A stretch of DNA of 64,000 bases from Desulfobaccales bacterium (GTDB lineage: Bacteria; Desulfobacterota; Desulfobaccia; Desulfobaccales; 0-14-0-80-60-11): NCBI GenBank assembly GCA_052147455.1, contig JBKQKO010000017.1:769-64768 (forward strand), written 5' to 3'. Numbering within the stretch: position 1 is the first letter of the stretch; each line of letters starts with the position of its first letter. Below, piece by piece: positions 9,844 through 20,434 of this stretch. The notes beneath the pieces were generated by a model. That model was not told where the DNA came from. It searched no databases and was given only the letters and a program-made list of their open reading frames with translations. The position numbers and the translations under genes were made by a program.

Positions 9844-12800
9844 TTAAATCAACCCCAGGGCGGCCTCCACCTGGGCCTCCAACTGCTCCGGAGTGAAGCC
9901 GGCCACGAAAATGCCCTGCTTGGGGCAGGTGGCCATGCAGGAGCCGCAGCCCTTGCACTGCATGGCATTGACCTCCACCGTCTTCTTGACGCCGCCTTCC
10001 TTCATGTATTCGAGGAGGGTAATGGCCTTGAAGGGGCAGGTGTCGACGCAGAAGGCGCAGCCGTCGCAATTCTCGTCGATGGGGTTGGAGATGATGGATT
10101 CCAGCTCCAGGTAATCCCGGGACAGGATGGTATTGGCCCGGGAGGCGCAGGCCAGGGACTCGGCAATGGTTTCCTGGATGGGTTTGGGGTAATGGCACAA
10201 CCCCGCCAGAAAGATGCCCTCGGTAGTGGCATCCACCGGCCTGATCTTGGGGTGGGCCTCGGTGAAGAAGCCCTCGGCATTGAGGGGAACCTTGTAGAGC
10301 TCCGCCAGGGGGGCATTATGGTGAGGGACGATGGCGGTGGCCAGGGTGAGGAGGTCCACCTGGAAGGTAACCGGCATCTGCATAATCTGGTCGGTTACCG
10401 TGATCTTGAGGCGGCCGTCAGCCTCCTCCACCTTGGGGAGATCGGCGAGGACATGGCGGATGAAGACCACCCCCAGTTCCCGGGCCCGGGTGTAGAGGAT
10501 TTCCCGTTCGCCGTAAGTGCGCATATCCCGGTAGAGGATGAAGACCTCCCTCTCCGGGTTCATCACCTTGAGCTTGATGGCGTTTTCCACCGAGTGGGCG
10601 CAGCAGACCTTGTTGCAATAGGGCCGCTCCGGGGTGCGGGAGCCGACGCACTGGATGAAGGCCACCGCCTGGGCCTGCTGGAGCCGGTCGCTGTTCTGGG
10701 CGATTTCCTTATCAAAATCCAGGGAGAGGAGGACGTTGGGGTTCTCTTTATAGAGGTACATCCCTTTTGGGCGAAAGGGCGAGGCGCCGACTGCCAGGGT
10801 GACGATGCCGTGGCGGATTTCCTCGCCGCTGCTCAGGGTGGTGGTGAAGTTACCCACCGCCCCGGAGACGCCGGTGACCATCTCCTCAAAGTGGACCGTG
10901 ATCCGGTCGTTGCCCAGCACCCGCTTGATCATGGCCTCCAGCCGGGTCCTGACCAGGCCGCCCCGCCAGGTGGTATGGAGCTTCAGGGCATTGCCTCCCA
11001 GGAAGCCCTTGCGTTCCACCAGGTGCACCTGGTAGCCCTGGTCGGCCAGGGCCAGGGCCGCGGTCATGCCGCTGACCCCGCCCCCCACCACCAGGGCGGT
11101 GGGGTTGACCCCCACGGTGAGGTACTCCAGGGGCTGAAGCAGCCGGGCCTTGGCCACCGCCATGTTCACCAGGTCCTGGCACTTCTGGGTGGCCAGCCCC
11201 GGCTCGTTCTGGTGGACCCAGGTGCACTGATTACGGATGTTGGCCATCTCGAACAGGTACTTGTTGACGCCGGCGGTTCGCATCATCTCCTGGAAGATGG
11301 GCTGGTGAGTGGTGGGGCTGCAGGCCGCCACCACCACCCGGTTCAGTTGGTGTTCCTGGATCATCTCCGCCATCTGAGCCTGGGAGTCCTGGGAGCAAGT
11401 GAACAGGTTGGCCTGGGCGTACTCCACCTGGGAAAGAGTTTTGGCGTAATCCACGATGGCCGGGACGTCGGCGATTCCGCCGATGTTGAGGCCGCAATTG
11501 CAAACGAATACCCCCACCCTGGCCGGCTCCCCCGCCACCTCTCTTTCCGGGGGGAATTCCTTCTTTCTCATCAGGGTGCCCCGGGCCGCGGCCAGGTGCC
11601 GGGTGGCAGTGGCGGCCGCGGCGCTCCCCTCCATCACCGTCTGAGGGATGTCCTTGGGCCCGGTGAAGGCGCCGCAGGCAAAGATTCCCTCCCGGAAGCT
11701 GGTGGTCGGCGCAAAACAACTGGCCTCCATGAAGTCGTTGGGGCCCAGGGGTACCTCGAGCCGCCGGGCCAGCTCTATGGTGGCCGGGGGCATCACCATG
11801 CCTACCGAGAGGACCACCATGTCGAAGATCTCGTCGACCACAGCGCCGGGCTCGGTGACGTAGCGTATCTCCAGGTCGCCCTTATCATTGGCGGGCTTGA
11901 CGGAATGGACCCGGGAGCGGATCATCCGGGCCCCCTGATCTTTAATCTTGGCGGCGTATTTTTCGAAGTCCTTGCGGGGGGTTCGCATGTCCAGGTAAAA
12001 CAGGGCCATATCCAGGTCCGGGCCGAGGTGCTCCCGGGCCACGATGGCCTGTTTCAGGGCCGCCATGCAGCAGAAATTGGAGCAATAGGGCTTGGCCCCT
12101 TCGCCGAGATTCCGGGAGCCGACGCAATGGATCCAGGCGATCTTTTTAGGCTCGCGGCCGTCGGAGCGCCGGCGCACGTGTCCCTGGAAGGGCCCGCCGG
12201 GGCTCAGGATGCGCTCGAACTCCAGGCTGGTGTGAACATTGGGATACTTGCCGTAGCCATAGAGCGCCATGGCGGTTGGGTCGAAAGGCTTGAAACCGGG
12301 GGCCAGGATGACCGAGCCGACTTCAATCTCCCTGGTTTCGGGCTTCATGCTGTGGTCAACGGCCCCGGCCTGGCAGGCAGTCACACACTGCATACATTCG
12401 GAGCAGACGCCGCAATTGAGGCAGCGCTCCGCCTCCCTTTGGGCCTGTTCCTCGCTGTAGCCCTTGGAGATCTCCTCAAAGGAGCAGCAGCTATATTCCG
12501 GCGGCAGGTTGGCCATCACTTCCCGGGGTTGGCCTTCCTCGTCCTTGGGGACCTCGCTCCAGCGCTTATGGGCCTCCTCGCCCTCGGAGCGGCCCTCCTT
12601 CATATCCAGGCCCTTGAGGTAGCGGTGGATGGACTCGGCGGCCTCGATGCCGCCGCCCACCGCCTCCACCGCAATCCAGGGTCCGGTGTGCACGTCGCCC
12701 GCCGCGAAAACCCCAGGCCGCGAGGTTTCGTAAGTCGTTTGGTCCACTTCGATGGTGCCCCCGCGGGAGAGCTTGACACCGCAGGCCTCCAGGGCGCCTT

Positions 12801-14280
12801 TGGCCGCCTCCTGGCCGATGGCCGGGACGATCATGTCCACGGGGAGTTCGAAGGTCTCGTTAGGGATGGGTACCGGCTTGCGCCGGCCCGAGGCGTCGGG
12901 CTCTCCCAACTCCATCTTCTGGCAGATGAGGCCCGCCACCTTGCCGTCGGCGCCGACCTTGGCCTCCAGGGGGGCGGCCAGATAGATCAGCTTCACGCCC
13001 TCGCACAGGGCCTGTTCCACTTCATGCTCAAAGGCCGGCATCTCTTCCCGGGAACGGCGGTAGACGATGGTCACGTCCACCCCCAGCCGGATGGCGCTGC
13101 AGGCCACGTCGATGGCCACGTTGCCGCCGCCGATGACTGCCAGCTTCTTGCCGATTTCCTGAGATTCGCCCAGGTTCTGGCGCCGCAAAAACTCCACCCC
13201 CTGGACCACGCCAGGAGCATCCTCATGGGCGATTCCCAGAGGCTTGCCCACGTGGCAGCCGATGCCCAAAAATACTGCCTTGTATCCCTGGTCAAACAGA
13301 GAATCCAGGGTGAAGTCCCGGCCCAGGGCGGCGTTGGTCTTCAGCTCCACCCCCAAACCCAGGATGTGATCGATCTCTTTATCCAGGATGGCCTTGGGCA
13401 GGCGGTAGTCGGGGATGCCCACCCGCAGCATGCCGCCGGCCTTGGGGAGAGCCTCGAAGATGGTGGGCCGGTAGCCCTTGAGGGCCAGGTGATAAGCGCA
13501 AGTGAGGCCCGCCGGCCCGGCCCCAACGATGGCGACCTTCTCAGGCTGGGCCTCCACCAGGGGCATCATCACCGCGGAGATTTCCGCCTGGTCGGCGGCG
13601 AAACGCTTCAGCGAACAGATGGCTACCGGTTGGTCCAGTTCAGCCCGGCGGCACTTGGCCTCGCAGGGATGCGGGCAGACCCGCCCCAACACCCCGGGCA
13701 GGGGCAGCCGCTCCATGATGAGCTTCAGGGCCTCCTGATATTTCCCCTGCTTGACCAGCTGCACGTAGCCCTGGACGTTGATCTCCGCCGGACAGGTGAG
13801 GGTGCAGGGGGCCCGGTCCAGCTTGATGATACTGAAAGCCGACGGAATGGCCTGAGGATAGAGGCGATAGGCCGCCTTCTGGTCTGCTAATCCCTGGTTG
13901 AACTGATCCGGTATGGTCACCGGGCAGACAGTGGCGCATTCTCCGCAGCCGGTGCATTTGGCCAGGTCGATGAAGCGGGGCTCGCTTTCCAGGGTGGCTC
14001 GGAGATGGCCCGGCTCCCCGCTGACCTCTTTCAATTCAGTGAGGGTGTGGACCTCGATGTTGCTGTGCCGGCCGACCTCGACCAGCTTGGGGGAGATAAT
14101 TCACATGGCGCAGTCGTTGCTGGGAAAGGTCTTGTCGATCTGGGCCATGGTGCCGCCGATGGCCGAGCCCTTTTCCACCAGGTAGACGTAATAGCCTGAG
14201 TTGGCCAGGTCCAGAGAGGCCTGCATACCGGCGATGCCGCCCCCCACCACCAAAACCGACCCCAAGATTTCTTCGGACAT
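9844..14280 (-). CDS. hdrA: large HdrA-family flavoprotein (HdrL type, with an inserted GltD-like NAD(P)H/FAD module), Sec at UGA 14101-14103
   Basis: True start is ATG 14280: [26 protein letters not shown]...[24 protein letters not shown], in frame with ORF 9844..14034. Contains GAGPAG/GGGNVA GltD motifs, two CVGSR...CC HdrA motifs and several ferredoxin motifs; 1478 aa. Confidence 0.93.
14067..14086 (-). promoter_or_regulatory. putative SECIS hairpin of hdrA
   Basis: GCUGGUCG-[AGGU]-CGGCCGGC (two G-U pairs); loop begins 23 nt after the UGA. Confidence 0.75.
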
Positions 14281-14370
14281 TTTTAAGCCCTCAGATCACA
14301 GCTTGCGAGAGGATTGATGAACATGTTCCTGAATCAGCTCTTTTGTTGAAAACAGCAACAATTCAACAAT

Positions 14371-14386
14371 TGCGATATTTATGCCA
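14371..14386 (-). promoter_or_regulatory. putative sigma54 -24/-12 promoter of the hdr-mvh operon
   Basis: TGGCATAAATATCGCA matches the TGGCAC-N5-TTGCW spacing; AT-rich region upstream. Confidence 0.65.
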
Positions 14387-14698
14387 TAGTACGGGTAATT
14401 TTTTTCGACAATTTATATAGAGTTTAGAGCCTCAAGGGGAATCTCCCCGGGAGTCTTTGGGAGATAATTTCCCCTGGGCGGGGTATTATGCACCAAACAC
14501 CTTTTTGAAGCACTTATGTATGGAGAGAATTTTGCCTGTGTACATATTAGCTTGCCTGGTTAGGTTATGCAAATAATTATTTTATGCAAAAATTTAGCAA
14601 GCGGTGGGCTTCCGGGGCGGGTTAACCCCACCCCCGGGTCAAGACGGCAGGGATAACCTAAGCCAGGGCGCGGGGACCAGACGCCGGGCCCGCGGCCC

Positions 14699-15346
14699 TC
14701 ACTGCACGATGACTATCCCGGTCAGGACCCCTTTGGGCATGTCCCCGGGTTGGGCGCCGCTGCCGATGGGATAGATCTCCCAGCCCTGGCGGGCCACCAG
14801 TTGGTAGACGTCGATGCCCACCGCCTCCATGGATGGCCGCGCCAGCAGGGAGAAGCGGCAGCGCTTGCCTCCCATGGCCTGACAGTCCTCCTGCTGGCCG
14901 CAAAAGGTGTGGCGGCAGGAGCCGGCCCCGAAGCCGAAGGCCAGGTAATGGCCGTCGTAAAAGGCCAGGGACTCCACTTCGCTCACCAGCTTATAGACCT
15001 TCTGGTAGGCGGCCACCCGCTCCTTGATGGTGGCCTTGTCCCGGACGACGACCTCAGGCGGCACCTCCAGGGTGAAGAGCACCGCCCACCGGTAGTTCTT
15101 CAGGATTTCCCGGAGTTCGCCGGGCTTCAGGGTATTAGGGGGGCAGTGGGCCCCGGCCCCGTAGCCGAAGCAGCGGGGGATCTGGCACTTCAAGGTCACC
15201 CGCTCATCCACCGGGATCTCCTGGGTCTCGATGACCGCCGCCCGGGTGGCCCCCAGCTCCAGGGCCTTCTCCCGGTAGCGCTCCAGGTCCTGGGGCAAGC
15301 GGGCCGCCTGCATGTCCACCGTGATTTTTTCCACCTTTCTGCCCAT
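14699..15346 (-). CDS. DUF2284-like predicted metal-binding protein
   Basis: KCQIPRCFGYG...HCPP, GAGSCRHTFC...C...C, ARPSMEAVGIDV. Confidence 0.85.
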   Translation of the reverse strand: MGRKVEKITVDMQAARLPQDLERYREKALELGATRAAVIETQEIPVDERVTLKCQIPRCFGYGAGAHCPPNTLKPGELREILKNYRWAVLFTLEVPPEVVVRDKATIKERVAAYQKVYKLVSEVESLAFYDGHYLAFGFGAGSCRHTFCGQQEDCQAMGGKRCRFSLLARPSMEAVGIDVYQLVARQGWEIYPIGSGAQPGDMPKGVLTGIVIVQ

Positions 15347-15530
15347 AAACCCTCCTTTGCCAAGACCCCCATTCCTGGGAAAATCCCGGCCCGTCCTGTT
15401 GGGGGCGGCGGCTGAACTCCCGCGCCGGGGGCATTTAATCTCTTTGCCGCTCCCTTTAATAACAGGCTTAGCAGGAGCTAAAAATATGGGGGGCGCGGCC
15501 GCGTCGATGCTGCAAGCTCATCTTAAAGTT

Positions 15531-15661
15531 GAGACTTCTGCGAAAGTCCCCACTTTTGTCATTCTGAGGGAGCGAAGCGACCGAAGAATCTCATGAATAC
15601 AAGGAAATACGAGATCCTTCACTTCGCTCAGGATGACAAAGTTGCTTTTCGCAGAGGTCTC
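15531..15661. mobile_element. MITE-like palindromic element, copy 1 (copy 2 at 45683-45812; core fragment near 16175-16235)
   Basis: Terminal IR GAGACTTCTGCGAAA/TTTCGCAGAGGTCTC around an inner IR GTCATTCTGAG...GAAGAATCTC/GAGATCCTTC...CTCAGGATGAC. Confidence 0.8.
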
Positions 15662-15666
15662 AAGTT

Positions 15667-16056
15667 TCAATCAAGCCCTTTCTCATCCCTCTCTTTAAAG
15701 ACCTCTTGGGCGGCAAAGAGGCCGTTCAGCGCGGCCGGGAATCCGGCATAAACCGCCATCTGGATAATGATCTCCACCACTTCCTGGCGTGAACATCCCA
15801 CATTGAGGGCCGCATGAATATGCACCCGCAACTGGGGGGCGGCAGTCCCCAGGGCCGTGAGGGCCGCCACGACGGCGATCTCCCTGGACTTCAGGTCGAG
15901 CCCGGGACGGCAGTAGATGTCTCCAAAGGGAAATTCGATGAGATAGCGGGCAAAATCGGGGGCAATATCCTTCAGGCTCTCTATAACCCGTTCGCCGGCC
16001 TCGCCGTCGATTTCCTTCAGTTTCTCCCACCCGCGTGCGAACCTCTCGTTGTTCAT
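15667..16056 (-). CDS. carboxymuconolactone decarboxylase family protein
   Basis: [39 protein letters not shown]; likely start at ATG 16056. Confidence 0.9.
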   Translation of the reverse strand: MNNERFARGWEKLKEIDGEAGERVIESLKDIAPDFARYLIEFPFGDIYCRPGLDLKSREIAVVAALTALGTAAPQLRVHIHAALNVGCSRQEVVEIIIQMAVYAGFPAALNGLFAAQEVFKERDEKGLD

Positions 16057-16338
16057 GCGGTTTTTCCCCCGAAGGCTCACCTGCAACAACCTGGACCCTA
16101 AACTTGTAAGGAAGGTCTCTTTATAGAACAAATGAACCAGGCTTAGACCTAAGGCTGTTCATTTAAGCACCAGGAGCCGAAGGCGACCGAAGAATCTCTA
16201 GATACTAGATGCTTCGTTTGGCTCAGCATGACAAAAAAATGTAGGGTGGGCTCGAGCCCACCAATTCCTTGGAAAAGAAGCGCTTAAGTGAACCATATGG
16301 GGCTTAGACATCAAATCGGTTACAAAATGCCAGGCCAA

Positions 16339-17235
16339 TCACTCGTCAGCCAAATCTTCTCCGGTTAAGGCCCGCAACGCCTGGAGGTAGCGGGCCCGGG
16401 TGTTGGCGATGACCTCCGGGGGCAGCGGCGGCGGCGGCGGCTTTTTGTTCCAGCCCAGGGATTCCAGGTAATCCCGGAGATACTGTTTGTCATAGCTCTT
16501 TTGAGGGCCGCCGGGACGGTAGTCCTCTTGCGGCCAGAAGCGGGAGGAGTCCGGGGTAAGCGCCTCGTCGATGAGGAGCAGCTCGCCGTCCGCCAGGCCG
16601 AATTCGAACTTGGTGTCGGCGATGATGATGCCCCGGGGTTCGGCCCAAGCCAGGGCCCGGCGGTAGAGGTTAAGGCTGAGGTCCTTGACCCGGGCAGCCA
16701 GCTGGGGGCCAATGGAGGCCGCCATTTGCTCCCAGGAGATGTTTTCGTCGTGGGTCCCCAGCTCGGCCTTGGTGCTTGGGGTAAAGAGCGGCTCCGGCAA
16801 CTGCTGGGACTCCACCAGGCCCGGAGGCAGGGGAAGTCCGCCGATGGCGCCGGTTTGCCGGTATTCGGCCCAGCCGGAGCCGGACAAATAACCCCGGACG
16901 ATGCATTCCACCGGCAGGGGCCGGCACTTGCGCGCCAGCATGGTGCGGCCCTGGAGCAGCTCCCGGTAGGCGCGGCAGGCCGGGGGAAAATCCTCCACTT
17001 CCAGGGAGATCAGGTGATTGGGGGTCAGGGGAGCCAGGTGCCGGAACCAGAAGGCGGAGAGCCGGGTGAGGATGCGGCCCTTGTCCGGGATGGGTTGGCT
17101 CATCACCACGTCAAAGGCGGACATGCGGTCCGAGGCCACCAGCAACAGCTGGTCCCCCAGGTCGTAGATGTCCCGCACCTTGCCCTGGCGCCGGGGAAAG
17201 CCGGGGAGATCGGTGGTCAGCACCGGGGCGCTCAT
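16339..17235 (-). CDS. purC: SAICAR synthase
   Basis: GKVRDIY, SDRMSAFD, ECIVRGYLSGS, ADTKFEFG, TPDSSRFW. Confidence 0.97.
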   Translation of the reverse strand: MSAPVLTTDLPGFPRRQGKVRDIYDLGDQLLLVASDRMSAFDVVMSQPIPDKGRILTRLSAFWFRHLAPLTPNHLISLEVEDFPPACRAYRELLQGRTMLARKCRPLPVECIVRGYLSGSGWAEYRQTGAIGGLPLPPGLVESQQLPEPLFTPSTKAELGTHDENISWEQMAASIGPQLAARVKDLSLNLYRRALAWAEPRGIIIADTKFEFGLADGELLLIDEALTPDSSRFWPQEDYRPGGPQKSYDKQYLRDYLESLGWNKKPPPPPLPPEVIANTRARYLQALRALTGEDLADE

Positions 17236-18752
17236 CTGGCCACCGTCCGGGCCGCGTTATCGTTGGAGGTCTTGGCGGTCATTTTCATAACCCTGAAAGT
17301 AGTCCTTTCCTTGGTTTGCAGGCTCCGGGCCAGGTCCTCGGCGGCCTTGGACCCGGTAACCGGTCCCACCTGGACCTGGTACCGCGCCTGGCTGCCGTGG
17401 CTCCGGGAGACCAGCCGGGCCTTAAAGCGGTCTTTTTCGAGGCGCTGCACCAGGGCCCGGGCCTGATTCTGCGAGCTAAAGGTGGCGGCCACCAGCATGA
17501 AGCGCTCTTCCCCGGCCTTGGCGGCCACCGGGGTCTCAGCCGGGGCCCGGGCGGCGGTGAGCTGCTCCGGGGCGGAGGCCGGCCCCCCGGTTTCCACTAA
17601 GGGCGGGATGCCCGCCGCCGCGAGGGGATTAGGCCGCTCCGCGGCCGCCGGGATCGCCGCGGCAGGCTGCGGAGGAGTGGCCCGGTGCAGTCTGAGCCCC
17701 CCCCAGATGAGGATGACCAGCAGCCCGGCCAGCCCCAAACCCCACAATTGCCGCCGGGGAGAGGATAGAAAGGCGCGGCCGGCCCGGAGCGCGGCTTCCT
17801 TAAACCTTTGGGCCGGGGGCCGGCCCATTTGCCAAAATCTGTGCAGGAGCGCCGGGACGCCGGCTGCCGCCGGTTGCCCCGGGGACCCGCTCCCTGCTGC
17901 CATCCAGGCTTCCCCCTGCGGCAGGCCCTCGCCTTTAAATTCCCGCAGCTGGCGCAACTGGGCCAGGAAGTCCGATATCTCGGGGAAGCGCTCTTCCGGG
18001 TCCACCGCCAGGCAACGGAGCAGCAGGTTTTGCAGGGACAGGGGGATCTCCTCCAGATCCGCCGGCAGGTCCTCCACCCGGTAGGGGAAAGGCTCATCAA
18101 AGGTGAGGGCATAGGGGAGGCTGCCGGCCACCAGCCGGAAGCCCAGGACCCCTAAGGAAAAGATGTTGCTGACAGGGGAGGGGGCATCGCCATAAATCAC
18201 TTCCGGGGCCTCATAGGCCTTGAGTTCCAGGGTGGTCACGGGGCCGCCCGCACGGAAGGGAAAGGAGAAATTGGCTATCCGGACCTCCTGGCCCTCCAGG
18301 AGGATATTGAGGGGCGAGAGGCTGCGATGGACGACACCCCGCTGGTGGGCCAGGTCCAGGACCAGACCGAGCCGCTCCAGCAGGCGCAGGGCCTGGGGCA
18401 GCCCGTAGCGCTGCCGCCCGGTAAACTGAGCCAGCAGGCTATCACCGGCGAAGGGTTCCTGCACCAGGAACAGGCCGGCGGCGGCATCCTCCAGATGATA
18501 GACGCCGAGAATATCCGGATGGCGCAACCTTAGGGCCAGGGCGGCTTCCTGTTGGTAATACCCCTGGGCCTCCGACCATTCCGGGGCCTCCCGGGGCAGT
18601 ACCTTGAGACCCACTTCCGTCCCCAGGAGACCGTCCCTGGCCAGCCACACCGCTCCCCAGGGTTCTTCCCGGAGGAGGCGGGCGATTTCATACCGGTCCC
18701 CCGGAACGGCAGCCCCGGCAAGATCCGGGCCTTCATGCTTCATCAACGCCAC
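17232..18752 (-). CDS. Ser/Thr kinase-like (pseudokinase) domain, TM helix and C-terminal SPOR domain
   Basis: Kinase subdomains VGLKVL, HPDILGVY, HRSLSPLNILL, YEAPE, IFSLGV; TM segment LWGLGLAGLLVILIWGGL; SPOR-like ATFSSQNQA...YQVQVGP. Confidence 0.85.
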   Translation of the reverse strand: MALMKHEGPDLAGAAVPGDRYEIARLLREEPWGAVWLARDGLLGTEVGLKVLPREAPEWSEAQGYYQQEAALALRLRHPDILGVYHLEDAAAGLFLVQEPFAGDSLLAQFTGRQRYGLPQALRLLERLGLVLDLAHQRGVVHRSLSPLNILLEGQEVRIANFSFPFRAGGPVTTLELKAYEAPEVIYGDAPSPVSNIFSLGVLGFRLVAGSLPYALTFDEPFPYRVEDLPADLEEIPLSLQNLLLRCLAVDPEERFPEISDFLAQLRQLREFKGEGLPQGEAWMAAGSGSPGQPAAAGVPALLHRFWQMGRPPAQRFKEAALRAGRAFLSSPRRQLWGLGLAGLLVILIWGGLRLHRATPPQPAAAIPAAAERPNPLAAAGIPPLVETGGPASAPEQLTAARAPAETPVAAKAGEERFMLVAATFSSQNQARALVQRLEKDRFKARLVSRSHGSQARYQVQVGPVTGSKAAEDLARSLQTKERTTFRVMKMTAKTSNDNAARTVAR

Positions 18753-19065
18753 AGCCTCGATTTTCAGGGAATGGGCCGTTCTCTCCGGCCAGATTCAACA
18801 TAACACAAAAACCCCGGGCAAAACAGCCTTATTGCTTTGTCCGCTGGCGTGATTATCTTAACCGAAAATCGTATCTCACCTGCGGGAAAACCGCGGCTTG
18901 CCAAGATCACCTTGAAACGTCCTGATCTATCTGATAATTTGAAGACTCTGCGAAAATCCCAACGCGGGTTTTTTGATTTTTTCGGTTTTTTGGTAAGGGC
19001 CTTCCTCGGCTGTCATACTTTAGGCAGCCACAGGCGAGGGCCACTTCTGATCCGGTAAACCCATT

Positions 19066-19680
19066 ATGGGCGCCTCCATCTCCCTGGCCAATCTCATCAC
19101 CCTGACCCGGCTGCCGCTATTGCTGCTGGCGGTGGCCTTGTTGTTCGTCGAAAGCTTCCCACTGCAGCTCGCCGGGGTGGGGCTGCTCATCGTCCTGTTC
19201 CTGATGGACTGGTTTGACGGCTACGTGGCCCGGGTCCGCCATGAGGTCACCGAGGCCGGGGCGGTGCTGGACGTGGCCCTGGACCGCGCCGTGGAAAACA
19301 TCCTGTGGCTCACCTTCACATACCTGCGCCTGGTGCCTTTATGGGTGCCCATCGTTTTTCTGATCCGCTCCTTCATCGTGGACGGGGTCCGGGGCGTGGC
19401 CCATGCCCGGGGCAAATCCGGCTTCGCCATGATGCACTCCCCCCTAGGAAAGTTCCTGGTGGCCTCCCGGTTCATGCGGGCCTTCTATGGCCTGGCTAAG
19501 GCCGTGGTCTTCTGCCTCCTTTACCTGACCCATGCCCTGGCCCTGAAATATCCCGGGGCCACGCAGACCTTGCATTCTGGCAACCAGGTTCTTATTTATC
19601 TAGTAGTGGTTCTCTGCGTGGTGCGGGGCGTCCCCGTGCTCCTGGATGGCCGCATCTATTTCGGAACCCAAAAAAGTTGA
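19066..19680 (+). CDS. CDP-alcohol phosphatidyltransferase family (PgsA-like)
   Basis: ANLITLTR and DWFDGYVAR...GAVLDVALD signature. Confidence 0.9.
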   Translation: MGASISLANLITLTRLPLLLLAVALLFVESFPLQLAGVGLLIVLFLMDWFDGYVARVRHEVTEAGAVLDVALDRAVENILWLTFTYLRLVPLWVPIVFLIRSFIVDGVRGVAHARGKSGFAMMHSPLGKFLVASRFMRAFYGLAKAVVFCLLYLTHALALKYPGATQTLHSGNQVLIYLVVVLCVVRGVPVLLDGRIYFGTQKS

Positions 19681-19717
19681 GTCCGCCAGGGAACCTCCTG
19701 GCTGTCAGGGAAATCGC

Positions 19718-20350
19718 ATGAGCCGGGTGGCCGCCATTTTCGACGTGGACCAGACCCTGGTGCAGGGGTACACGGAAAGGCTCTTTTTCCGCTACCTGAT
19801 CCGGCATGCCTTCCTCAGCCTGCCCCAGGCCCTGACCTTCCTGGGCAACCTGGCCTGCAACCCCCAGGCGCGGTTTCAGGATAAGAGCTATCTGGCCGGG
19901 CTGACGGTGTCCGAGGTCCTGGGCCTGGCCCGGCAATGTTACCGGGAGGAGATCGCTCCCCGGGTGAGCCGCCGGGGGATCTCCTGCGTCCTGGAGCACC
20001 GGGACTCCGGGCATACGGTCATCCTGCTCACCGGCTCCCTGTCCTTCCTGCTGCTGCCCCTGAAAGAGGAGCTGGGGGCCGACTGGCTGATTGCCACCGA
20101 AGTGGGCCGGGACAATGGCAGGTTCACCGGTAAGATCCAGGGCCTTCACCCTCGAGGGGAAAACAAGCTGAGCCTCCTGCTGGAGCTGGCACTGGGCCAG
20201 GGATTGGATCTGCGCCGCTCCTACGCCTATGGCGACCATATCCAGGACCAGCACCTGTTGCGCTCCATCGGCTATCCGGTGGCGGTAAATCCCTCCTGGC
20301 GGCTGAAGCGCCAGGCCCGGCGACAAAGCTGGCCGATCCGCTATTTCTAG
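19718..20350 (+). CDS. HAD subfamily IB hydrolase
   Basis: FDVDQTL, LLTGS, AYGDHIQD, AVNP. Confidence 0.9.
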   Translation: MSRVAAIFDVDQTLVQGYTERLFFRYLIRHAFLSLPQALTFLGNLACNPQARFQDKSYLAGLTVSEVLGLARQCYREEIAPRVSRRGISCVLEHRDSGHTVILLTGSLSFLLLPLKEELGADWLIATEVGRDNGRFTGKIQGLHPRGENKLSLLLELALGQGLDLRRSYAYGDHIQDQHLLRSIGYPVAVNPSWRLKRQARRQSWPIRYF

Positions 20351-20434
20351 CCGCGAGCTGCCGGGGTGGGACTAAGCTTAGGCCCCGCTTGACGGGGGCG
20401 TTCTTTTGGAGTAGCACTATCTTAAAGGTGGACC

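Noticed and set aside
9787-13890. 1367-aa plus-strand ORF and other long antisense ORFs (e.g. 1228-2565, 6605-8023, 33380-35098, 55354-56376)
   Set aside because: Shadow frames opposite well-supported genes in GC-rich DNA; no recognisable motifs
6623-14103. hdrA, mvhD and mvhA as truncated pseudogenes
   Set aside because: All three stops are TGA at conserved Cys positions with SECIS-like hairpins and intact downstream frames; Sec recoding explains them better
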